Virus record (IMG/VR): IMGVR_UViG_3300006213_001191
Coordinates: 2,099 to 66,098 of that record
Direction: 5' to 3' (one strand)
Source: a virus
Lineage: Duplodnaviria; Caudoviricetes
Length of the DNA stretch: 64,000 nt
The stretch's first letter is position 1. Each line of letters begins with the position of its first letter. A program made the position numbers and the translations under genes. The notes under the pieces were generated by a model. It saw nothing but the letters and a program-made list of their open reading frames with translations, made no database searches and had not been told where the DNA came from. Shown here piece by piece: positions 49,269 to 59,234 of this stretch.

Positions 49269-51212
49269 CTATCCTGCTGCCTGCATATTTTTCTTTAATT
49301 CTTTTAGGCGCTCTATCAAAAGTTTCCATATATTCTTCTGCCTGATATTGTCATCATCTCTGTTTGCAAATCCTCTTACCTGCAATACTGTATGGTCTGA
49401 TTTCATTTCCATGGTATACCATGATTTTTCCGGATTTGATTTTTTTCTGATAAACAGGATATAACTTTCGCCTCTGACCATTTTTTCTGTATACTGTTTT
49501 CCAGCCACACAATGATGCATGGCATGTCCTTCCCTAATAATTTCTGCTGCATTTCTAGGTGCTCGAATAAAATACTCTTCATCTTCTACCCCATATAACC
49601 TGTTCAATTCTCCTGCTATTTTCTCTACCTTTGCATAAATCCTGTTCCGCTTTTTTTCTTCTACTTCATCTTTTTTCTCGTTATAGTAAAGCACAAGGTC
49701 ATCATGTGCCTTTTTTATGTTTTTTGGGAACAATACAAAACTGCTCTTCATGTCAAATCTCAGCTCCTGGCACATGTTAAAATAATCATTATAATACCGG
49801 CTTAGTATGCCGGCGCTGTTATATCTGTATCTTTTGTAAATCTGGCGAAAGGAAGTATATGGAATCAATTTATTTATAAGGGACAATGGAATATTTGTAC
49901 AAATATACTGCTCCATCTCTTCTACACTTGGCCTTTTTCCAAAAGATTTCATTTTTTGAAAAAATTTATACTGGTCATAGTCTGCATTTACCGCTTTTAA
50001 TATCTCTAAATCATCATTTTCAATTTTAAGAATCTGATTTATCCTCTTTCCCGCTGGAAGTTTCTTTGCGATAACTTCGCTTCCAAGATACCACAGCCCC
50101 ACTTTCATTAATTTCTCCGCTGCCTCCAGCCTGTCTTTCCCGCACCACTTAAAAAATATTATGCTGATTTCTGTCTCATATGGGATTTCTTTCACTGGCA
50201 AATATGGATGGGTCATATATTCCTGCCATTCTCCGGCGTTTCTGGTATACAGGCAGCAGCGAACGAAGGCATACTGAAAAGTCCGGGAAGATAAATCTTT
50301 CACCCACCGTTGATAAGAGTTATTTTTATAATATTTCCACTCCCACCAGCTCTCATCTTTCAAGTCGAGGCTTAGGATACACATCATTTCCTCTGTGTAC
50401 CCGCTTTTTGTATGTATATCAAGGGCTGTCCGGCTGTACTTTTTATAAATTTTATATCTCCTAAACACCAACCTTTCGTCATCTTTTTGTATCAGCCACA
50501 CACTCCTAAAATCTGTCCAGACCCTCTGTCCATGCTCTCTTGAAATATCTTTTAATACAATATATTTCCCACATTCTGGGCATTTAGCCATAAGATTGTG
50601 CCTTGTATGTATATGTACTGTTTTCCCGCAGTAGCTGCATTTTCCTGTGTTCTTTGTTTCCTTATGGTAAAATATATAATTTTCTTTTACGGCGTCCCTG
50701 TTTATAAATTCCTCCCAGTCCGAGGGAAGTGCGGGAAGTGTGCCTATCTCTTTATCCCACTGGTCTGTCTCCTTACGTTCTTTGGCAAGCCGTTTTTCTT
50801 CATTTTTCCTCTCCTGATAACGGATAATGCACTCTTCCGGCTCTATTTCTGTATAACCGGTATATTTATATATTAATTCCAGCCCCTCCGGCTCAATTAA
50901 AACCTTGTTGCTGCTTTTCGCAGTTTGGATCCAATGTGTTCCGTCTTTTTTGTACGTCCAATAAATATGCAGCAGTTCCCTTAAACTTTTATGTGTCCAT
51001 ATCTCTTTTTTGCAGTTCATATCAAGAGTGATATAATCTTTCTCCCCAAGAAAAATACGGTATGTCACATCGTCGTTCATGCTGTAATAAATATCAATGA
51101 CTAGTATTTCTTCGCCTGCCACATTTTGAATGTTAGGCAGAAATTCCCATGCCTTATGTGCTCTCTGGCATCTCGGCGCTATGTCCAGAAGCTCGAGTTT
51201 CTTTTTCTTCAT
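49269..51212 (-). CDS. PcfJ-domain protein
   Basis: C-terminal IRAPRNAAEIIREGHAMHHCV..ILFIRKKSNPEKSWYTME..QVRG. Confidence 0.9.
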   Translation of the reverse strand: MKKKKLELLDIAPRCQRAHKAWEFLPNIQNVAGEEILVIDIYYSMNDDVTYRIFLGEKDYITLDMNCKKEIWTHKSLRELLHIYWTYKKDGTHWIQTAKSSNKVLIEPEGLELIYKYTGYTEIEPEECIIRYQERKNEEKRLAKERKETDQWDKEIGTLPALPSDWEEFINRDAVKENYIFYHKETKNTGKCSYCGKTVHIHTRHNLMAKCPECGKYIVLKDISREHGQRVWTDFRSVWLIQKDDERLVFRRYKIYKKYSRTALDIHTKSGYTEEMMCILSLDLKDESWWEWKYYKNNSYQRWVKDLSSRTFQYAFVRCCLYTRNAGEWQEYMTHPYLPVKEIPYETEISIIFFKWCGKDRLEAAEKLMKVGLWYLGSEVIAKKLPAGKRINQILKIENDDLEILKAVNADYDQYKFFQKMKSFGKRPSVEEMEQYICTNIPLSLINKLIPYTSFRQIYKRYRYNSAGILSRYYNDYFNMCQELRFDMKSSFVLFPKNIKKAHDDLVLYYNEKKDEVEEKKRNRIYAKVEKIAGELNRLYGVEDEEYFIRAPRNAAEIIREGHAMHHCVAGKQYTEKMVRGESYILFIRKKSNPEKSWYTMEMKSDHTVLQVRGFANRDDDNIRQKNIWKLLIERLKELKKNMQAAG

Positions 51213-51700
51213 CTCTTCGCCCGCTTTCCAAGATAATATTCTTTAATCAGCTTCTTTGCGGTTCCCATACCGGGGATTCCAAGCCTGCAGTTATTTACAT
51301 CTGCTGCCTTCAAAATATCCTTGTCCACTGCATAAGAATTTTTAAAAGACCACACAAGCAGCACCGTGATACATCCCTTTAAGCTTTTCCCTTTTTTCCT
51401 GACAGCCCTCGCCATTTTTTCATCTTTCCCGGCACAGCCCTTGATATAATTCAGCCAGTCTTCCATAATCTCCTTCGGCTTTAATTCTGCTGCTTCTACA
51501 TCCAGTTTTCCAATCGCTGCTGTTTCACAGTCAGTTAATTCGTCTAATTGTCCTGAAATATATAAATCTACAATCTCTTTCTCAATGCCGTTTTCTTCAG
51601 CCAGAATCCTTAAATTTTTGATATCCTGCTCCGCTTTAAGTCCCTGTGCTGCTTGGTTGATTTCCTCATAAGTGTCAAATTCCCCAAATATGTCAAACAT
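51209..51700 (-). CDS. PcfK-like protein (family that includes AcrIIA9-like annotations)
   Basis: KGKSLKGCI..KLIKEYY; coupled upstream of PcfJ. Confidence 0.6.
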   Translation of the reverse strand: MFDIFGEFDTYEEINQAAQGLKAEQDIKNLRILAEENGIEKEIVDLYISGQLDELTDCETAAIGKLDVEAAELKPKEIMEDWLNYIKGCAGKDEKMARAVRKKGKSLKGCITVLLVWSFKNSYAVDKDILKAADVNNCRLGIPGMGTAKKLIKEYYLGKRAKR

Positions 51701-51718
51701 CTGTATGCTCCTTTCTTC

Positions 51719-52528
51719 CTATCCTCTCTGCAAAAGCTGTTTTTCCAGCTCATTAAAATCATAATCATGCTGAGGAATGTTATTAAAAGAATTTTTCTTA
51801 ACTCCGCTTTTAACTGCTTTTTGCGGCACATAGTTACAATCTAAATAATCTATGTATCCACTGTTGAAAAATGTGCTGCCATTCTGTGGTTTCCGCCATT
51901 CGCTGTCTTTTTCCAATTCCAGGATGTATCTGTCTATTGCTCTGGTCATTTCTTCAAGACCCACTTTAAGTAGACACCTCTTGGCAGTTAAAGATACTTG
52001 TCCCTTGCCTTTTTTTACTGGAAACAGCTTCCACAATTTTTCAAACAGTTCTGTCGCTTCTTTATCGCACAAAATATTATTTATATTCTTTTCATTCTTA
52101 TCATTCTTTTCATTCTTGTTAGGTGTTAGCTCTTTGTTAGCCGTTTGTTGGCTGTTTGTTAGCTCTTTGTTAGGTTCTTTGTTAGTTTTATTTTCGTCAT
52201 CTTGGTAAAGCCTCCAATTTACAATACTTATCAGCCTTCCTTGCTTTGCTGATTCGTTTGTTAGAAATTCCAATTTTTCAAATCTTTTTAATGCAGTTCT
52301 AACATTTTGTATTGTGATACCTTTTCCGCAGTTTTCTACAATTTTTTCCAAACTGGTAATAAACTGTCCGGGTTTACAGCAATACTTTTCTCCTTTCCAC
52401 TCCCAGCTTTTCTCCTCATGATTCGCCATCAAAATAATTGTGATTAATATTGTCTTCTGTTCTGGTGTTGATAACTGCCATATAGATTTGTTCAGTAAAT
52501 CCCTGTATAATTTTGTCCATCCAGTCAT
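51719..52528 (-). CDS. Phage replication initiator / replisome organiser
   Basis: GWTKLYRDL..PGQFITSLEKI..ISIVNWRLYQ; FEKLWKLFPVKKGK; STFFN. Confidence 0.88.
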   Translation of the reverse strand: MTGWTKLYRDLLNKSIWQLSTPEQKTILITIILMANHEEKSWEWKGEKYCCKPGQFITSLEKIVENCGKGITIQNVRTALKRFEKLEFLTNESAKQGRLISIVNWRLYQDDENKTNKEPNKELTNSQQTANKELTPNKNEKNDKNEKNINNILCDKEATELFEKLWKLFPVKKGKGQVSLTAKRCLLKVGLEEMTRAIDRYILELEKDSEWRKPQNGSTFFNSGYIDYLDCNYVPQKAVKSGVKKNSFNNIPQHDYDFNELEKQLLQRG

Positions 52529-52789
52529 AGAATTTCTGTCTCCTTTCCGGGGCAGTTTCCCGCCCCTTTCTATCAGCATAGGGTAAGAGCTCCGCTGATT
52601 GTCCTTTTTCTTCTTGACTTCTATGGATAAATGCTGTACAATATACATGAAGATTTAGTACAGCATTGAAAGAATCAGGAAGGTGGTTTGCTCTGGTTCT
52701 TTTTTTGCATCCTTACACATATCTCTTTCCTGATACCTTCTTTCCAAATATCTTTTCCTCTTCCGTCATAATTTCACCAGTAGCAATGT

Positions 52790-53014
52790 TTACAACAGCC
52801 CTGTTTTATTTTCAGATATTTTTCTTTTTAAAATTTCATCAATATCTTCCCCGTCATACTCTCTCAAAAATTCTTCCAGAGTTTCCTCTCTTACTTTTTT
52901 GCAACCTAATTTCATTGACTTCAACAATCCGCTATTTATCAATGAATAAACATAATTTTTATTCGTATGCAATCTTTCCGCTACTTCATTAACTGTTAAT
53001 AACATATCACTCAC
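52790..53014 (-). CDS. Excisionase-like HTH_17 protein
   Basis: LLTVNEVAERLHTNKNYVYSLINSGLLKSMKLG. Confidence 0.88.
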   Translation of the reverse strand: MSDMLLTVNEVAERLHTNKNYVYSLINSGLLKSMKLGCKKVREETLEEFLREYDGEDIDEILKRKISENKTGLL

Positions 53015-53025
53015 TTTTCCTTTCT

Positions 53026-53286
53026 CTAAATTCTTTCTTCAAAATACAGACATATATCATCTGGCGTTGGATGTGTTTTTCCTTTTCTCTTTTTCATTGG
53101 AACTTCGCAGATACAATGTCCTGCATAAATTTCACGGTATACCCCATTAATTTTACAATAATGTTGCATGTAAAATTTACAATGTGTACAATCCTTTATC
53201 TTTGCTGGATTAACCTTAATTTCTTCCAATAAGGCTTTTAGGTGTCGGTTCTCACTTTCCAGTTTCGCAATTTCTTCAGATAACAT
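53026..53286 (-). CDS. Cys-rich hypothetical protein
   Basis: CTHCKFY..GHC..CLYFE. Confidence 0.7.
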   Translation of the reverse strand: MLSEEIAKLESENRHLKALLEEIKVNPAKIKDCTHCKFYMQHYCKINGVYREIYAGHCICEVPMKKRKGKTHPTPDDICLYFEERI

Positions 53287-53417
53287 TGGTTTTTCCCTCC
53301 TTTTGTGATAAAATAAAGTGTTAATATATATTTCATCTTAACACATTAATTTTTGATGTGTTTCTTGTATTATACACATCATATTCTAATGTGTCAATAC
53401 TTTTTAGGAGGTTTTGT

Positions 53418-53654
53418 ATGTCTTTTAATGAACGCCTTAAAATAGCCCGCAGAAATGCCGGTAAAACACAAAAAGAAACTGCTGAAGCTATTGGAATGAC
53501 ACCTAATGCTTATCAAAAATATGAATTAGGAACAAGTGAACCTAATCTAACTAAACTTGTTTTTTTAGCTGACATGTTTAATGTTTCTCTGGATTATCTT
53601 CTATGCCGTGATAATTTTGTTCAATCGCACGAAGTTTCCTTTGATGAACAATAA
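53418..53654 (+). CDS. XRE-family regulator
   Basis: RLKIARRNAGKTQKETAEAIG..YELGTSEP; RBS AGGAGG. Confidence 0.92.
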   Translation: MSFNERLKIARRNAGKTQKETAEAIGMTPNAYQKYELGTSEPNLTKLVFLADMFNVSLDYLLCRDNFVQSHEVSFDEQ

Positions 53655-53808
53655 ATAAGTCCTCAAGTTTATCCCACATTTCGATTTTCCCCATAATTGT
53701 TCCATATTCTATCTTTTGATAATGAGCTTCTGTCATATTTAGATACTCTGCTACCTGCTTTTGTGTCATGCCCGCCTTCTGGCGGGCTTCTTTTAAATTC
53801 TTTCTCAC
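53578..53808 (-). CDS. XRE/Cro-like regulator
   Basis: LKEARQKAGMTQKQVAEYL..YQKIEYG. Confidence 0.88.
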   Translation of the reverse strand: MRKNLKEARQKAGMTQKQVAEYLNMTEAHYQKIEYGTIMGKIEMWDKLEDLFIVHQRKLRAIEQNYHGIEDNPEKH

Positions 53809-53880
53809 TTTTTCTCCTTAATATTTTAATCCCGCCTGCCGTTGCCGCTATCGCGTTTCCCGACGGGATTATGCTTTTTA

Positions 53881-53950
53881 TTGCTATACTTTTCTTTCTG
53901 TTCTATAATGTTCTTACAGGCTGTTGCAGCAGCCGAGTACAAGAAAAGAG
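53881..53950 (+). promoter_or_regulatory. Promoter + conserved leader, copy 1
   Basis: TTGCTA-N17-TATAAT then ACAGGCTGTTGCAGCAGCCGAGTACA. Confidence 0.8.
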
Positions 53951-53959
53951 TGGTATGTA

Positions 53960-54184
53960 ATGTTTTATGATGATTATTGCAAAACTGATAATCAAAAAAT
54001 TGTGTTCAAAGCAATCCTCAAATTGTCAAAAAACAATTCTTATGTTGCTATACAAGAGCTTGATTATCTTGGTATTCCCCGTCCAGAACTTGTAGAAATT
54101 CTCAAATATTTTGAAAGTAATGGATTATTTACAAACGTTCAACACCTTGGACAAAATTATCCTGTATTTTTCTCTGTTGAATAA
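53960..54184 (+). CDS. Small moron protein (74 aa)
   Basis: Follows leader copy 1. Confidence 0.7.
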   Translation: MFYDDYCKTDNQKIVFKAILKLSKNNSYVAIQELDYLGIPRPELVEILKYFESNGLFTNVQHLGQNYPVFFSVE

Positions 54185-55115
54185 TTTTTTCTACATAGAT
54201 TTTATTTTCCTGATATTGCGCCCTCAAATCTTCTAAAGAGGTTTCCTTAATATATTTTTCTGAAAGATTAAAGGCTCCATTATACTTAGGAAATGTATAG
54301 GTATACTTTATTGCTTCAGGAAACTCTTTTGCTCCAATAGTGTTAAGCCACTTTTGCTTTTCTTTATCAACCAGCGTTTCCTTTGTAACACTGGTTGTAC
54401 AAAGTTCCTCAACTACTTCAGGATGCCTCTGTTCTGGGGCTAACCAACCCCCATAGGTTATAAAAACTTCTATCGGGAGCCAATCCTCTTTTTTCTTGTC
54501 AAAACCATAAAGTGGCTTGGCTCCAAATTTTTTTATCTGCATCTCTGCAATCTCTCGTTTAAATGAAATACAGATATTTGGACAGTTCTCTGGTAAATTA
54601 ACCGATACCCAATTTTCAAACATTGCCACATCTATTACTTCTTGTACTCCATAATCCATATCAAATCTACGAACTAAAAACTTTCCATAGCCTTTATCAT
54701 AATCAATAATAACACGCTGACTTTTTTCACTCTTGAATCCTGCCATATCTGCTGTTAGATTCTTAATATCTCTTTCAGCTCCAACAAGCCAATCCAAACC
54801 GCCGTATTTTCCTGCGATTTCCGCCATTTCCTGCTTTGTACAATAATGCAGAACCGTTTCATCTTCAAAATTTTTCAAACATTTAAATTTATCCAGACTT
54901 TTATCTGATGAAGACGCAGCTAATGTTTGCTTTTCTGGCTTTTCCTCAACCTCTCTTAAATATTTCTCTTTTTTTTGCGCTCTGATTGTTACCACTATGT
55001 CAGGGTGCTTTTCTTTTATTGATTCTACATTTTTCAATATTTCTTCTAAATCTTTCAAATCTTTCACTTTTGTGAATATTTCTACCCGAATAGGTCTTAT
55101 TGTGTTTGCTGACAT
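54129..55115 (-). CDS. Hypothetical multi-segment protein
   Basis: 328 aa; VIIDYD segment resembles 55395-55721. Confidence 0.7.
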   Translation of the reverse strand: MSANTIRPIRVEIFTKVKDLKDLEEILKNVESIKEKHPDIVVTIRAQKKEKYLREVEEKPEKQTLAASSSDKSLDKFKCLKNFEDETVLHYCTKQEMAEIAGKYGGLDWLVGAERDIKNLTADMAGFKSEKSQRVIIDYDKGYGKFLVRRFDMDYGVQEVIDVAMFENWVSVNLPENCPNICISFKREIAEMQIKKFGAKPLYGFDKKKEDWLPIEVFITYGGWLAPEQRHPEVVEELCTTSVTKETLVDKEKQKWLNTIGAKEFPEAIKYTYTFPKYNGAFNLSEKYIKETSLEDLRAQYQENKIYVEKIIQQRKIQDNFVQGVERL

Positions 55116-55155
55116 GCTTCACCTCTCACCTCTCTTCTAAACTTAATTTTCTTGC

Positions 55156-55227
55156 TTGTAATTCCCATTTTCTCGCTCTATAATCTTTTACAGGCTGTTT
55201 GCAGCAGCCAAGTACATACGAAAGGAG
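55156..55227 (+). promoter_or_regulatory. Promoter + conserved leader, copy 2
   Basis: TTGTAA-N17-TATAAT then ACAGGCTGTTTGCAGCAGCCAAGTACATACGAAAGGAG. Confidence 0.8.
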
Positions 55228-55234
55228 AAGAAAT

Positions 55235-55444
55235 ATGACACTTTACATGTATGCTTTCGATGGAAGTTCACTTTCCTTTGATGACCGCGACAAACTTATT
55301 ACCATTTTGGATAAATATGCACATCATGGAGTACTTTTTGTTGACTTAAAAAAAGGATTATATCAGGCAGCTTTTGAAGAAACAGTAGATATCGCTACTC
55401 TTCCACTTCCTGCTGGAACGATTGTGAAACGAGTTTATCAGTAG
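55235..55444 (+). CDS. Small moron protein (69 aa)
   Basis: Follows leader copy 2 and RBS AGGAG. Confidence 0.7.
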   Translation: MTLYMYAFDGSSLSFDDRDKLITILDKYAHHGVLFVDLKKGLYQAAFEETVDIATLPLPAGTIVKRVYQ

Positions 55445-55721
55445 AGTAACGATGTATTGCTACTCTTACCTGTTCCGGGTCATAATCAATTACGACCCGG
55501 AACGGCTTTGAATAATCTGTACGTTTTACACAATCTCCAAACACCTGAATCATATTTAGAAATGTAAGAAAATCAGTTGTCCAAGGAATACAATCTTCAC
55601 ATCCATTCGTTTCTAAATGCTTGTTACCTTCTTTTCTGAATTTCTGAAATTCTTGAAATTCCTCTTCAGTCATATGCTCTTGTGTTTTTGCCAAAAATTT
55701 TTTTCTTTCTTTTTCACTCAA
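55395..55721 (-). CDS. Hypothetical protein
   Basis: RBS GGAGGTG. Confidence 0.7.
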   Translation of the reverse strand: MSEKERKKFLAKTQEHMTEEEFQEFQKFRKEGNKHLETNGCEDCIPWTTDFLTFLNMIQVFGDCVKRTDYSKPFRVVIDYDPEQVRVAIHRYSTDKLVSQSFQQEVEE

Positions 55722-55781
55722 TCTCTTTTCACCTCCTTCTGGAACTGCCCTCTATGCTAACTGCCTCAAGCATGTTTCTTG

Positions 55782-55852
55782 TTGCTATATGTTCCCTTTT
55801 ACCATATAATATACTCACAGGCTGTTGCAGCAGCTGAGTACATATGAAAGGA
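55782..55852 (+). promoter_or_regulatory. Promoter + conserved leader, copy 3
   Basis: TTGCTA-N17-TATAAT then ACAGGCTGTTGCAGCAGCTGAGTACATATGAAAGGA. Confidence 0.8.
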
Positions 55853-55859
55853 AAAATTT

Positions 55860-56012
55860 ATGGACAACTTTGAAAAAATAGTTATGAATAAATACCTCAA
55901 AGAACATGCCATAGCTTTACTCCCTTTTCAGAACTCCCAATTCGTTTATTTGTACCTACTGATTCATTCAGTGAATATACTGTATGTTTATACATTTGTC
56001 AGATTACGCTGA
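55860..56012 (+). CDS. Small moron peptide (50 aa, hydrophobic C-terminal half)
   Basis: MDNFEKIVMNKYLKEHAIALLPFQNSQFVYLYLLIHSVNILYVYTFVRLR after leader copy 3. Confidence 0.5.
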   Translation: MDNFEKIVMNKYLKEHAIALLPFQNSQFVYLYLLIHSVNILYVYTFVRLR

Positions 56013-56148
56013 TTCTCGGATATACTCTGCTGTGCTAAAATACCCATAATGAAAATTCTTACTTTTTCAATCGTGGTATCGTCCTTGATTTTCTCAATAT
56101 CCTCTTTTAAAGTCTGTTGTGCTTTAGTCATCAATTCTGCCTCCCTTC

Positions 56149-56229
56149 TATTGCTTTTAACAATACTATATATTGCTTAAAGCAATTTGTCAAGTGCTAT
56201 TTCAATACTTATTATTGACATAAGCAATA
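56149..56229. promoter_or_regulatory. Three 17-bp operator-like palindromes TATTG-N7-CAAT(A/T)
   Basis: 56149-65, 56171-87, 56213-29, upstream of the XRE gene at 56256. Confidence 0.7.
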
Positions 56230-56255
56230 TTTTCTGATATGCTTTCGTCAGTGAG

Positions 56256-56588
56256 GTGACTATTATGATTTGTGACAGATTAAAAATTCTTTTAGATGAG
56301 TTGAATATTTCTCAACGCCAATTTGCTATAAAGATAAATCTTGACCCTGGTTATTTCTCCAGAATCATACAGGGTAAGGTCAATCCACCTGATCGGATAT
56401 TGCTGCTTATAGAAAATGTCTTTAATGTAAGTAAAGATTGGCTGGAAAACGGTCAGGGTGAAATATTTTCTAATTGTGGTGTATCTTTAGCTAAAAAGCA
56501 GGTCTTAGAATCTATTGATTCCTTGAGTGATGAACAGGTGAATGCTGTTTCTTCTTTCATTAAATATTTGACAGAGGATAAGAATTAA
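56256..56588 (+). CDS. XRE-family regulator
   Basis: ELNISQRQFAIKINLDPGYFSRIIQG. Confidence 0.9.
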   Translation: MTIMICDRLKILLDELNISQRQFAIKINLDPGYFSRIIQGKVNPPDRILLLIENVFNVSKDWLENGQGEIFSNCGVSLAKKQVLESIDSLSDEQVNAVSSFIKYLTEDKN

Positions 56589-56690
56589 GGGAGGTCAGCC
56601 TCCCTTTTCTCTTGCATGTTTATAAGCCCTTATTCACTGGATACACAATTCCGAAAAGGGTGTTTTCTTTCTGGAATTAATTTACATTGG

Positions 56691-56891
56691 TTATTCTGGA
56701 GTATTCTTTGTTTTAACAATATCTTCAATTGGAACATTTAAAATTTTTGCAACGCCACAAATTTTATCATAAGATGGTTTTACTTTATTCCACTTACAAA
56801 TACTACCTTGCGAAATATTCAATTTTTTTTTCAATTTTGTAGATAGGAATTTTTTTGATTTTGCCAAATGCTTAATTGTTTCGTAAAGCAT
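56691..56891 (-). CDS. Cro-like HTH protein
   Basis: LNISQGSICKWNKVKPS..VAKILNVPIE. Confidence 0.75.
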   Translation of the reverse strand: MLYETIKHLAKSKKFLSTKLKKKLNISQGSICKWNKVKPSYDKICGVAKILNVPIEDIVKTKNTPE

Positions 56892-57318
56892 TTATTATCC
56901 TCCCTTCTGAAAAAATCACAAACTTATTCCTTTTCATCCTGCTTTTTTTAGTAACTTTATTCTTCTTTCAAAACTGCATCATACCTTTTCTACATTCTTT
57001 TATGCTGGTTGCTTTGGGGGCTTACGGAGCTGATTAGTTATTTCATTTTTTACACCGTTTTCAGCCACTTCAGCTAACCTAACCAATGTCATAAAATACA
57101 TTTGATTTTTGGGTGACAACTTTTTTAAGATATTTGTTGTTTCTTTAATAACTATATTTTCCATGCTCTAATCTCCTTTCATTAATTTCATGATTTTAAA
57201 ATATCATATTTTTAATAATATGTCAAGCGATTTTATTAAATTTATGGTATTTATAATTGATTTTTTATCATTAATATGGTATCCTATCACTATAAAAGTA
57301 AAAAGTGAGGTGAAAATA

Positions 57319-57657
57319 ATGATTACACGTTTAAAACAACTTCGTAAGATATTAAAAATCAATCAAACAAACTTTGCTAAACAACTTGGTATAACACAAA
57401 CTGCTTACTCCATGATAGAAAATGGTAATAACCCACTATCAGATAGATATATCAAAGTTATCTGTTCTGCATTTAATGTAAATGAAAATTGGCTACGTAC
57501 TGGAAACGGAGATATGTTTTTTTCTTCTCCCTATGAAAAAGAATTTACCGAAGTTTTCAGTAATCTAGCTCCAGTAACCCAACAATATCTTTTACTTATG
57601 GCTAAAGAGCTTTTAAATACGCAAGAAAAACTCCTAAATCCTAATAATGAAAGCTGA
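57319..57657 (+). CDS. XRE-family regulator
   Basis: RLKQLRKILKINQTNFAKQLGITQTAYSMIENG..VNENWLRTG. Confidence 0.92.
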   Translation: MITRLKQLRKILKINQTNFAKQLGITQTAYSMIENGNNPLSDRYIKVICSAFNVNENWLRTGNGDMFFSSPYEKEFTEVFSNLAPVTQQYLLLMAKELLNTQEKLLNPNNES

Positions 57658-57673
57658 TTGTTGCAACATTGGC

Positions 57674-57711
57674 TAAAATTTTAGACACAAAGGTTTTCCT
57701 ATGTGTCTTTT
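57674..57711 (+). terminator. Terminator, identical copy at 59701-59738
   Basis: TAAAATTTTAGACACAAAGGTTTTCCTATGTGTCTTTT in both places, each after an XRE gene. Confidence 0.8.
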
Positions 57712-57784
57712 ATTTTTCTCATTTGCGTTGATTTATAGTTGCTATTTTCATTTTCTTCCTCTATAATATGAATAAAAAATTTTT

Positions 57785-58465
57785 ATGAAAGGATATAACA
57801 TTATGCAAAAAACTATTCAAGCTTTATATGCTGGTGAATCACGTGAAAAAAAGTCATTGGATATTGAATTTCCTAATCAATGTCCCTATTGCAATACTGG
57901 CATTGAAGCAAAACATTTAAAAACTTACATAGCAAAATATAATAATGTACCTTCTTTATACTCTCTGTTTTTTTGTCCAAAGTGCGAACATTGTTTTATT
58001 GCTATATACTATTATTCTAATCCTTACAGGATAGAAATATTGCCAAATAGTAGAAATAAAACTATTTTTAAAGACAAAATACAAAATTTATCTTCTGATT
58101 TCGTCGCCATTTACAACCAAGCTGAAATTGCTGAGCAAAGTGGTCTTAATCATATATGTGGATTAGGATACCGTAAATCTGTTGAATTTTTAGTAAAGGA
58201 TTTTTCAATTCATAACAATCCTAATGATACAGAATCTATTAAATCAATGACATTAGCCCAATGTATTAATAAATATATTAAAGAAGATAAAATTAAAACT
58301 TTAGCCGAACGCTCTGTATGGATTGGAAATGATGAAACACATTATGTTCGCAAACATGACGATAGGAATATTTCCGATATGAAACAATTTATAAAAGCTC
58401 TGGTCTATTTTATTAGCATGACTTTAGTTGTTGAAGATGCTGCTTCAATGAATCCCAAAAAATAA
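57785..58465 (+). CDS. DUF4145 (HEPN-like) domain protein with N-terminal Cys pairs
   Basis: CPYC..CPKC; GYRKSVEFLVKD; WIGNDETHY. Confidence 0.8.
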   Translation: MKGYNIMQKTIQALYAGESREKKSLDIEFPNQCPYCNTGIEAKHLKTYIAKYNNVPSLYSLFFCPKCEHCFIAIYYYSNPYRIEILPNSRNKTIFKDKIQNLSSDFVAIYNQAEIAEQSGLNHICGLGYRKSVEFLVKDFSIHNNPNDTESIKSMTLAQCINKYIKEDKIKTLAERSVWIGNDETHYVRKHDDRNISDMKQFIKALVYFISMTLVVEDAASMNPKK

Positions 58466-58500
58466 CCTATATACTTATTTTGCAACTATTAATTACTGGC

Positions 58501-58540
58501 CGACCTTGAACCCAACATTCAAGGTCGGTTACTCTTTTTT
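58501..58540 (+). terminator. Terminator after the DUF4145 gene
   Basis: CGACCTTGAA-CCCAACA-TTCAAGGTCG followed by a T-run. Confidence 0.7.
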
Positions 58541-58868
58541 CTAATTCTTTCCATTTCTTTTTTTAAATCCACATATTTTATATCTCCTATACTGGTTGTT
58601 TTGGGGGCTTATGGGGGTTGATTAGTTATTTCATTTTTTACACCATTTTCAGCCACTTCAGCTAATCTAACCAATGTCATTTACTTAAGCCCTCCCTCCG
58701 TTAAGTTAAGGCTCTACCCTCTCTAAAATTTCTGTTGCAATTTCTTATATACTCTCTGTCTGTGTTCATGAACTGTACCGTCATGTGGTTAATCTCCATG
58801 AACTCTGATTGTGTCAAAGCTTCACGCTTCAACTGTTCTAAAATCGGGTTTTCGTTCATGTTACACTC

Positions 58869-59090
58869 CTATCGTTTGATTTTTGTGCTAGAAACTACTT
58901 CCTCCTCGGTTGCAAACAAATAGTCAAATGATTTATTAAAGTATATACAAAATGCCTTACATTCACTTGGCCAAAATCTTCCACTTCGTATTTTTTGACT
59001 ATAGGCAGTTCTACTAACACCAATGATTTTCCCCATATCATCATCAGTAAGATGGTGATATGCTTTTTGTCCTAATAAATTTGCGTACAT
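58869..59090 (-). CDS. Cro-like HTH protein
   Basis: LTDDDMGKIIGVSRTAYSQK..YFNKSFDYLF; divergent from the repressor. Confidence 0.85.
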   Translation of the reverse strand: MYANLLGQKAYHHLTDDDMGKIIGVSRTAYSQKIRSGRFWPSECKAFCIYFNKSFDYLFATEEEVVSSTKIKR

Positions 59091-59113
59091 TCTCTCACTC
59101 TCACCTCCTTGTA

Positions 59114-59199
59114 TGCGTATCGCCAACCTTTATTTGATTATATCCGCGTTTCGCCAACTTATCAATAGTTTTTTATGCTTTTGTTGACATTTCGCCAAC
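59114..59199. promoter_or_regulatory. Operator-like repeats in the cro/cI intergenic region
   Basis: TCGCCAAC at 59120, 59151 and 59192. Confidence 0.65.
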
Positions 59200-59234
59200 T
59201 CAATGTTAAAATACTTTTTGAAAGAGGTGATAGT

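Noticed and set aside
20000-52700. Numerous plus-strand ORFs antisense to phage structural and early genes
   Set aside because: Shadow ORFs without RBS or recognisable motifs, opposite well-supported genes
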